From Cycas panzhihuaensis (Eukaryota; Plantae; Cycadophyta): a DNA stretch of 64,000 bases. The stretch is taken from positions 121,775,741-121,839,740 of the forward strand of contig CM041465.1 of the NCBI GenBank assembly GCA_023213395.1. Reading direction: 5' to 3'. Shown in pieces: positions 24,649-34,221 of the stretch (position 1 is its first letter; each line of letters begins with the position of its first letter). The position numbers and the translations under genes are program-made. The notes below the pieces were generated by a model. That model was not told the DNA's origin, ran no database searches, and was given only the letters and a program-made list of their open reading frames with translations.

Positions 24649-27429
24649 TTGCTTCTTCTCCATCGTCTTTTAGAGCATCAAAATGGCAATACAAATATAA
24701 GCAATCCACCAATTTTGCCTTAATGGCACAGGTGTTATCTACTCTTGAACCTTCCATTTTTGAGGAGGCAGTCACAGACCAAAAGTGACAGGTTGCAATG
24801 AATGAGGAAATGGATAGGAGTTGGTTGAGCTGCAAGAAGGAAAGAAGCCAATTGATTATTATTGGCTTTATAAGAGTAAATTTCATGTAGACGGCTCCAT
24901 TCAACACCACAAAGCTCGCTCGGTAGCTAAAAGTTTTAAACAGATTGAGGGCATTGACTATGATGAAACATTTGCCAAAGTTGCCAACATGACCTCTATA
25001 CAGCTTGTTTTAGCACTTGGAGTTCAACATCAATGGCATGATTACTAGATGGATGTTAAAAGCACCTTTTTGAATGGTGATTTACAAGAAGATGTATATT
25101 TGAGGCAACCTCCCACCTATGTTGTTCATGGAAAAGAATACTTAGTTTGCAAATAGAAGAAGACTCTGTATGGCCTCAAGCAATCGCCTCGAACATGGTA
25201 TGCAAAGATTGATGAATATTTTTTGAAGCATGGACTCATTCGCTCATTCTTGGATCCCAACTTATACATCAAGATTCGAGACAACTTGATTACTTTGGTA
25301 GTCCTCTATGTTGATGATTTGTTGATTATAGGCAAGGACATAGAGTGGATTGCATATCTCCAAAGGGAATTTAATAGCAGTTTTGAGATGACTAACCTCG
25401 GGTTGCTACATTATTTTCTTAGCATGGAGGTATGGCAACAACTAGGCTGCATCCTCCTTTCACAATCCAGATATGGAAGGGAGATACTACAGAAATTCAA
25501 GATGGAGAATTGTAAGTCTTCACCAACCCCTATGGAGGCAGGACTCAAGTTGGACATTGATGAGCGTGGCAAACCTGTCGATCCCACCTTGTACAAACAA
25601 TTTGTGGGGAGTTTGATCTACTTGACTCATACTCACCCAGACATATCTTATGCAGCTGGGATTTGCTCCAAGTTCATGACACAACTCAAGGTTTCACATT
25701 GGAATGTAGCCAAGTGAATTTTGAGGTACCTTCATGGGTCATTGCAATTTGGCATTGATTATTGTTAGGTGGACAATCTTTCCTTGGTAGGTTTCACGAT
25801 GCAAATTGGGCTAGATGCTAAGATAGCAGAAGATCAACCTCAAGATATTGTTTCAACTTGGGTTCAACAGTTATTTCTTGGAGTTGTGAGAAGCAACTGA
25901 ATGTTACTTTGTCATCCACGAGCAAAATATAAAGCTATGGTTAGTGCAACTACAGAAGCTATCTGGCTCAAAAGGATTCTTGTTGAGCTTGGTCTTAAAT
26001 AGGCACAAGCCATTCCACTCTTCTGTGACAACCAAAGAGTCCTGAGGATGACAAAGAATCAAGTTTTTCATGCGAAGACAAAGCATATTGAACTGCAACA
26101 ACACTTTATTAGAGAGCATGTTCAAGATGGTGAGATAGACCTTGTCTACATGCCAACCGACGAACAAGTTACAAACATCTTTGCTAAAGCACTTGGCAAA
26201 GACAAACTCAAGTGGTTTTGGCATCACGTCGATGTTCGAATTAATGAATTCATCATTAAAGGAGGGTGATTGAATTAATGATTAATTCATTTTGATATAC
26301 TTTTAATTGTAATGTAAATGTGAGTCACTTTAGTAATATAATGTTATAAAGTTCGAATGTACCTTAAGTTGTAATTTAAAGTTGTGAATTCTAGTTGAGG
26401 GGCTAAAAGCTCACTTTCACCAATGCAAGCATGAGTGACACTTGATCACCATGCAAACAGTCTCTCATACATGTGCGCCACTTGTCCACCATGGATGACC
26501 ATTGTACTTTCTATATATTGAGCACCTCTCTTGGCAATTGTACACAATGAATTATTGAGAGGGTTTATGTTGTGTAAGCTTTCTTTATGCTAATGAAATG
26601 TTGTTTTGGGGTTTGACATAATTTCTACCCCTCCAATTTTTCATGCTATGATCTTGCTAATGTGATTGTGGTTGTCTATTTTTAATGATTTAGATCCTAA
26701 TAGTGAAAATAGCAAATTTGTTTTCTCTCGTCTATTCTTTGAGTTTCTTAACCATTAGCAAGTTCTATGTTGTATGAAAAATCAAAGTTTTTTTTAGGTA
26801 ACACTAAGTCTTGGGCAACCTTATAAGATATAAACATGTGAGTGCAATCACTATCAATGAACACAATTTGGCTCCGCACCCTTCAAATCTTAGCAAATCC
26901 ATATGTGAATATTTATCAAAGATTTGTGTTGGTACTTTTCAGCTATGATCAGCTTTTCTTGTTGTCTTATTTTTGCACTCAATTGTAACTGCTTTGTCTA
27001 TTACTTCATTCCTCTGAACCAAGGAATCACATCAGAAGTTTATCTTTGTGAACAATTATAAGAGCAATGTACTCCCTACATACAAGCAAAGCACAAATCA
27101 TTTTCCAAACACTTCTTTTGATACTCAAAAGAATTCATTCTATTAGAGGACTCACTTTGTTTCCTCTTTTGGAGCCTACCGTTACCTTTGCCATTAAAAG
27201 ACATCTTCGAATGGGGAAAATGACTTAGTTGTTTGCTTTTCTTTTGAGAATTTGAAAGAACTATTGCCCTTAAATCAACTCTTTTGTCTTAATCTTGTTT
27301 GTCCATACAAATTTTTAGGGTTCTAGCCTTCTCTAGACTCCAAGTTATGTGTCTTCACTCCAACCAATGCAGATTACCTCTTGTATATCTATTGAAGACT
27401 GCAAAATTAAAGACAATTTCCTTTACAAC

Positions 27430-27724
27430 AAGGAGGAATGATGAGAAATATTCATCCATGTATTATGACATTATGTAGTTTAATGTGTAATAAATTGTAC
27501 TTTTATATACATTTAGGTTAGTTGGTCATCTAATTAAATTGTTTGTTAGTTGAATTTGTTAAACTAACTAAGTCAATTAGTTGATTAGGTAGTTTAGGGT
27601 TATTAAGTGGTTACAAGCCCTCAATATAAATTGAAAAGTGTATTATTGTACGAGTGTATATATGATTGTAATATACTTCTCAAAGATAATAGAAGTGAAA
27701 TTCATTTACATCACCTCTTCAACA
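27430..27724 (+). mobile_element. Possible truncated 3' end (PPT plus ~290-bp LTR) of a small LTR element inserted in H
   Basis: AAGGAGGAA followed by TG..., TATA-like TATAAA near 27626, ends ...TTCAACA; interrupts H gag; no TSD found. Confidence 0.4.
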
Positions 27725-29290
27725 ATCCTAAATGATTGGGTAATGTTCTCTAAGTTTTCAATCACCATTAATACACATCACCTAAGCTAAGCCTTCAAAA
27801 TTACCTTACATTAATGGAGTCAATCAAAATTGGACATGAGTGGAAGTCAAACAAATGACCCTAAAACCTTTTTGTTATAATCTTTAACTACTTCCATTAG
27901 TTGCATTCGTACTAGCTAGGTTTGTGCTCCTCATATATCATCTTCAAGTGCATAGCAAATGCACAACCATCCCTTGAACTACTCTCAACAAGTGGCTTTC
28001 TTCGCCAATCCATTTAATACTAACAACTTGATATTTTTCAAATTGGTAAGATCTTTATAATAATGTCATTGCATCCATGGAAGACCAACTTGGGCTTGTT
28101 GGGAGCTCAAATGCTTGCATTCCATGGTTAACATTGACTTTTGGTTCTTCATTTTGCATCAACATCCCTCTTTGCTACACTTCTCCAATTGGACAGGCAT
28201 TTACTTGTGGCCGCAAATCTCTGGAAGGAGATTGACCTCTTTCCTCAAGGTAGTGATTGCTTTAAATCTCTTGCATTTGAATTGTCTCTTGATTTTTTTC
28301 ATCCTTGGGGAACTTATTGATTTTGCACTATCATTGACATTTGTTTAGCCATATCAACGAAACTCTTTAAGTGCAATTACCCTATCTTGCACAAGATCAA
28401 CATTCTCTCTAGGACCCTTATGATAAAATTCTTTTCCTCCCATTCATCCTAACTATATTCTAATTCGCAAGTGTTACAACACAAAGGAATAAACGATCAA
28501 GAAGGCTCTGATTGTTGAAAATTACTATTATTTAAAATTAGAATCAATCTTACTATAACTATTAAAACCACAAATTCATAGACATCAACAGTTCTCAGTC
28601 AAATATTCCATATTACATAACAAATATACCTTTATCAGAGAAGAGATAAGAATAGAAGCTAATGAAAGAGAATCTCAATGAGACTATTTAAGAGTAAACA
28701 AAAAAGAAACCAAACACCAATGAGGGTCAAACAATACCCCATGGAGAGCATGAATGAAACCACTTCCACCACAAACCACCCTATGTCCAAAACTGCAATA
28801 GGAGGTTAGCCCATTAGAATCATATTACATAAGTGGATCTATTTGAGCACATCAATTCCACTGTTGAACTTACCTAGGTGCACCAATGTCAAATCAATAA
28901 TGCTGCCCACAACAGCTTCACAATAATTATTACATATAGTAGCCTCTTTTAGGGGAAATCCTTTGTTAATAATCATAGTTACACTAGAGTCACTTGCACT
29001 CATTCCCACCAAAAAGTTGTCTTCCACCCCCATTCACTTCTCCTCAAATAGTATATGAAATGACCACATGAAAGGTTAGAAGAAATGGAGTGAAAAGTTG
29101 TGTAGTGAGGTGAAGTATCAAAACTCATCTTTTGAGGGTCTTATAAATATCCCTTTCATTAATGATGACTTCTTTCACTAGACATTATCCTTTTACACAC
29201 CTAAGTGTCCATAGGTTTATAATAATAATACATAGTAGCCCTAAATGTTAGAATAACAACATATGGTATATTCTTGTTTTGTTATACTGA

Positions 29291-29840
29291 GTTGTATCAA
29301 CAAGCCATATTGGTAGGTACCCAACTATTGAATAATGATAATGAGACACAACCCAAAAATGATTCATTGGAAGAACATCTGGAAGACGATTGTTGCGCCT
29401 AGACTAATTTGCTGCTTATGGCTATTAGTGCATAACAGGCCTGTGGACAGATAACAAAACAGAACATAGATCAGCATGATAGAAGTGTGATTTATACAGA
29501 AGAACCATAGAAGGCCAAGACCATTTATTCCAAGAATATGTTTCTGGCTTTTGCCATGAAAGTTATGTCATCCTTGGCTGGGTTGTATCAACAAACCTTA
29601 TTGGTAGGCACCCACCTATTGAATAGCAATAGTGAGACTCAAACCAAAATAGATTTCATTGGAGGAATGTTTGGAAGATGATTTGTGTACCTAAGATAAT
29701 TTTCTTCCTATGGCTATTGGTGGATGATAGACCTTTGTACAGAGAGCAAGCCAGAAATTAGGCCAGCATGACAGAAGTCTCTCTGTTTTATAAAGGAGAA
29801 CCGTAGAAGGCCATGGCCATTTACATTCTAGAAATGTGTT
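29291..29840. repeat. Two-copy ~291-bp tandem duplication in the intron
   Basis: GTTGTATCAACAA...TGGTAGG...ATTCATTGGA...TATGGCTATT...AGAAGGCCA at both 29291 and 29582. Confidence 0.9.
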
Positions 29841-30048
29841 TAAGTCAGGCATGTTCCAATACTATTATGATAGAATTATAAGGTTGTACAATTGGTACTT
29901 GTGCCCTGCTTATGATAAAACAAAATATTTGGGAAAATACATATGCTTCATTTTTCTCTTCCCATGATTCATGATGCAATTGTATATATACGTATCAAGC
30001 ACAAACCAAATAGAAGATATCTTATCTAGATGAAAATGCATCATGCAG

Positions 30049-30207
30049 GTGAGAACCTTTATGATTCGGCAATAAGCTTACGCATTCCTAATCTACCTGC
30101 TTTTGCTTTGGAAAGGCTTCCTAATCGTGACTCTTTAGTTTATGCTGACTACTATGGTATTACCAATGAAGCATCTACAGTCTTCAGAGCAACCCTTCGT
30201 TATGAAG
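30049..30207 (+). CDS. LKR/SDH: LKR/SDH exon (GENLYDS...TLRYE)
   Basis: tgcag| acceptor at 30048, G|gtatgt donor; PNRDSL and TLRYEG SDH motifs. Confidence 0.93.
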
Positions 30208-32728
30208 GTATGTACTGTTTTTGAAAAGTTTTTAATAAAAAATTCTGTTGTTTCTTGGAATAATTTCTGTTAGCCATTTTCTCTCTGCAGGTTTTAGTGA
30301 AATCATGAGCTCTCTTTCCAAACTTGGTTATTTTGACAGTGGCATTCATCCTATGCTAAAGGAAGATGCTGAACTAAATCATTCAAGGCCTACCTTTAAA
30401 ATGTTTCTTCAAGATCTTTTCAGAAAGGCTTTAAAAGCTACACAAGCTCTGAAAGATGTGACTGAAGGAGAAGAATGCAACACTGCACAGGTGGATATTG
30501 CTGAGAGGCTGGTAATACTTGGTGTCTGCCAACATAGCATGAGTGCAAATAGAGTAGCTTCTTGCATTAGGTATGTGAATAATATTTCTCTGCTACACAA
30601 GTTGGCTTAACATTTCTATGAATTCTTTTATTGTAAAGGGTAACCAGATCATATGATGAAGGGATGCAGACTTTTTATTGCTTAGGAACAAAAGCCTTAT
30701 GATCATATGACGTTTTAGTTTATCTAAGAAGCTAGTCTTAGCTAGTGAAGGCTTAAGATGTTTTTTTGACTAATCTAGTTCTCAAATTCTATATTAACTA
30801 CAATATAGATATCAATCATGCTGGAGATTTGTGAGTTTAATTGCAAAAGCTTCAAAACATTATTAAATAACTTTAATATTTTGTTCTGTAAATAGGTTTT
30901 TGGGACTTGATGATAATGAGGAAATCCCTGAAGCATGCAAGAGTGCTTTTGATGTGATACTTTCTCGCATGGAAGAGCGACTAGCCTACTCCTCAAATGA
31001 GCAGGTACCTATTTGTTTCTGTTAAATATTAACACTTATGGCTCACTCTAGTGCTTAGTAATTTATACATTTGAGATAATTCAAGTTTTATGAGTCTCAG
31101 ACTTGTTGATTTTATATAGATTCAAATTTTGTTCTGTTGCCCTTCATTCTACCTAAAAATATAGTACCTTTTTACAATAACTTGAACAGGATATGGTGCT
31201 CTTACACCATGAGCTGGAAGTAAGATATGAGGATGATAGGCCAAGTGAACATCATACAGCAACACTCCTTGAGGTTGGAAAAATTGCAAATGGGAAATCA
31301 GAAAGTGCAATGGCCCGTACAGTAGGCATTCCAGCAGCCATTGGAGCTAAGGTATTAGTTGAGAGAGTAAATTTGGCATAGTCATGAAGTGACTTGATCA
31401 TTATTTATGTTATAGCTGAATGGAGTTCATGCATCCAAAGTCATGGTTTTCTATATGTTATTTACATGATGTGAAGTTTTCTGAAATGCCTGATCTATCC
31501 ATTTGTTGAAAAGAGACATCAGAAAGGCCAAATCATGGTGATTGTGATGGAAAATTTAAATTTTAGACTGTCAATTTATCTGCTTAGACTTTTAGCCCAG
31601 TAGTCACTCACTTTCAAATCCTTCAAGCGCATCATTGAACAAGAGAGAACAATGTAAATGTATCTAGGCCCTATGTCATTTCCTGCATAATCAACGGTAA
31701 CGTGTCGATCCTCCCTTCCTTGCAACTAGTGGACATGAACTGGCATCAAAGATTTACACACCTCAATCCAGGGTACAACTGATCTGAGTTTCATTGTGAA
31801 GAAACGTATTCCATTGTTGTGATGATCTATTATCTGCAGCATGTGAAACTTATTCATCAGCATCGTGTGTGTTCTTCGTTAATGGGTGTTTGTCTGTGTC
31901 ATTCACACGCGCGCGGGTATGTGTGTGAGAGAGATTATATTGATGTCCACTTGGGGCCAGAAGTGGTACATGCAATAGGGGAACTAAATGCATCCTCAAA
32001 GCCGAAGACTCCCCGATATACACCAATATACAACATGTCATATATCAAAAAGATAATGCCAAAACTTATCCAACAGTATCGTTACGGGAAGCATCCAGCC
32101 AGCACAACTAATGCACCATCCAATGTGCCAACCCTGGAAACATTGTTTTTGTTTGCTATATTATGAAGAATTTTAAACGCAGAAAACAAAATAATTTATG
32201 TTCTTGCTTATACAGCTCTTGCTTGATGATGAAATCATGGGGCTCGGGGAACCCCGTAAACACTGTTTTTATTTACCATATCATGAAAAATTTTAAACTG
32301 AGAAAACGAAATAATTTATGTTCTTGCTTATACAGCTCTTACTTGACAATAAAATCAAGTCCAGAGGAGTGTTAAGGCCGCTGGAACCAGAAGTCTATTT
32401 TCCAGGTATTGCCTAATTTCTTTTGTCCGGGGAACTGGCATCAGGTTATGGAATCGTGCAATGGGAAATGGGAAGTGCATAATTTTTACGAAATGCCTTA
32501 CAAAATCCTCAATTCTTGGATTAATCGTTTTTTCTTTTTTTGTTACGTTTGTTTCCAGAAAATCCAAGGGTCATGCTTCCTTCAAGCCATTCACTACTGT
32601 AAAGGAAAATAGGGCATCTTCCTGTATTGATTTACTGATAATTATTTGTGTGCTTTTATGCTGCCGCAGCTTTGGAGGTTTTAGAAGCCTCAGGTGTGCA
32701 TATTCACGAGGAGACGACATATGCTTGA
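30049..32728 (+). CDS. LKR/SDH: Lysine-ketoglutarate reductase/saccharopine dehydrogenase (alpha-aminoadipic semialdehyde synthase), 3' part: join(30049..30207,30291..30570,30896..31004,31190..31351,32336..32405,32670..32728)
   Basis: The spliced translation (GENLYDSAISLRIPNLPAFALERLPNRDSLVY...TLRYEGFSEIM...EERLAYSSNEQDMVLLHHELEV...AMARTVGIPAAIGAKLLLDNKIKSRGVLRPLEPEVYFPALEVLEASGVHIHEETTYA*) follows the C-terminus of plant LKR/SDH. All five introns are GT-AG and exon phases are consistent (159, 280, 109, 162, 70, 59 nt). The 5' exons are not in the window. Confidence 0.95.
30291..30570 (+). CDS. LKR/SDH: LKR/SDH exon (GFSEIMSSLSKLGYFD...VASCIR)
   Basis: ctctctgcag| acceptor, AG|gtatgt donor; lies within ORF 30248..30610. 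Confidence 0.93.
30896..31004 (+). CDS. LKR/SDH: LKR/SDH exon (FLGLDDNEEIPEACKSAFDV...NEQ)
   Basis: aaatag| acceptor, CAG|gtacct donor; manual translation. Confidence 0.92.
31190..31351 (+). CDS. LKR/SDH: LKR/SDH exon (DMVLLHHELEV...AMARTVGIPAAIGAK)
   Basis: aacag| acceptor, AAG|gtatta donor; conserved AMAxTVGIPAAI motif. Confidence 0.94.
32130..32360 (+). repeat. 120-bp tandem duplication covering the acceptor and start of the penultimate LKR/SDH exon
   Basis: ATAATTTATGTTCTTGCTTATACAGCTCTT is identical at 32191 and 32311. Confidence 0.95.
32336..32405 (+). CDS. LKR/SDH: LKR/SDH exon (LLLDNKIKSRGVLRPLEPEVYFP)
   Basis: tatacag| acceptor, CAG|gtattg donor; GVLRPLEPEVY motif. Confidence 0.92.
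32670..32728 (+). CDS. LKR/SDH: LKR/SDH last coding exon (ALEVLEASGVHIHEETTYA*)
   Basis: ccgcag| acceptor; TGA at 32726-32728. Confidence 0.88.
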
Positions 32729-33927
32729 CAATCCATTAATCCCAATTAACTATTAGCAAATACACATATCGTTGGGCAGAACCAGGGTCTCAACTCTGTC
32801 GAAGCTGAAGCACTGGATTATGTTCCATTAATTTATAGATGAATATTTAACATGGTGGATATTAAATAAGCTTGATCTGTTTCTTCAAAAAATGTGGGCA
32901 GAACTTATATTGGGTTGATAACTTCAGCTATAATCTAATGACATACATATTTACCTTAAAAAAAAAAAAAAACTTCGTGGGTATAATGACTGAAGATGCC
33001 AAAGGACGGTGGCGTGTATTCATCGGTGGTGGTTGAGGCCCTTATATAGACATTGATCTGTTTATTTCGTTGTAATTTTATTTCGACACCGCATCATATA
33101 GGAGGGAATGAGGATTCTAAATTGTTTCTACTTTGGTTCATCTCCTTGTCATATGGATTGGAGTTTGTATTCTAATTTCTGCAGCCATTTAACTTTAGAG
33201 AAGAATCGAATGATGTGTCGCTTTTAGAAAGACAATAATTGAGATTGGTTTCTTGTTTTAGGTCATATTTGTGTGTTAATTGTTTTGCAAGTATTTTTCA
33301 ACATTTTAATAATTTGAACGACAATAGCATAACACATAAAAGCGAGCCATTTGTTAGAATATCCAATGATTACCACATATAGATAGATAGATAGATATAT
33401 AGAGAGAAAGAGAGAGAGAAATAGATCTATGAGAAATAGTAGTTTTAATAACTTTTTCTTATCAACGAAGGTTTTGGTGTTGGAATGATCTTAATGGAGT
33501 AGAGAATAAATAGACAAATTCTTATAATTAGATAATATAACAAAAGGCAATGTTATATCACTTAGTTCATATTTGATGATTGATTATTTTTGTTGATGTA
33601 ATTCAATGCTTTCTTTTTTTAAATATACAGTATGAAGGTCCTAATAATAAACGATTGAATGATGAAATTTGCTTCATAACTTCATCCCTAGTGAAAAGGA
33701 TAAACATTAAGTAAATCAACTCAAGTGCAAGCATTTTTCAACTACATATATAAGTTAAAAATGGTCATCGCCTTCGTCCATTTGTCATCTTCACCAAGGT
33801 TAGATCACTTACACCATATTGCATTTTATTATATTATATTTTGTGATGTTATATTATATTATATTTTGTTATATTATCATATATTATAATATAACATCTT
33901 ATATAATGTCATGTTACATTTATTTGT

Positions 33928-33928
<1 letters not shown>

Positions 33929-33981
<53 letters not shown>
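33929..33981. repeat. (TC)n microsatellite
   Basis: Direct reading. Confidence 0.95.
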
Positions 33982-33982
<1 letters not shown>

Positions 33983-34167
33983 ATATTCATTGTATAATCT
34001 TTATTATAGGATGGAGTTTTATTTTGTTTTTTTGTTTTTTTCGTGTGAATATTTAGTTGGACAACTTGAATGATTATGTAATATTTGTTCATTATGTTGA
34101 TTTTTATTGCAAGGGGTTAAATGTTTAATCCCATCACTCCTCCCCTCTACAATAAAGGTAGGCAAGA

Positions 34168-34170
<3 letters not shown>

Positions 34171-34220
<50 letters not shown>
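34171..34220. repeat. (CT)n(AT)n compound microsatellite
   Basis: Direct reading. Confidence 0.95.

Positions 34221-34221
<1 letters not shown>

Larger units (their letters stand above)
14172..26730 (+). mobile_element. Copia F with both LTRs (14172-14640, 26267-26730), PBS 14643-14654, PPT 26258-26266; most of gag deleted; hosts G and an 0.8-kb insert
   Basis: Perfect TSD TCTAT (14167-14171, 26731-26735); WLIDSRASRHMT, LWHQRLSHLN, LYVDDLLI and HAKTKHIELQQHFIRE motifs. Confidence 0.95.
13992..29261 (-). mobile_element. Gypsy H (old, outermost host element): 5' LTR ~28513-29261, partial PBS 28504-28512, decayed gag ~28450-26900, protease 26870-26736 continuing at 14171-13992
   Basis: Minus translation VFIDSDCTHMFIS...LANG*ETQR|IDIYALQVPLCIQSYSDIIDFEVMNTSCYDVILCQK*LHAFDSQINF is continuous across the F insertion; GGCTCTGAT lies next to the TGTTG LTR end. 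Confidence 0.72.

Noticed and set aside
31819-32166. 115-aa ORF inside an LKR/SDH intron
   Set aside because: No recognisable domain, non-ATG start in the track, and not needed for the spliced frame.
32958-32972. A15 tract after the stop codon suggesting a retrocopy
   Set aside because: The gene retains canonical introns; this is a genomic homopolymer in or near the 3' UTR.
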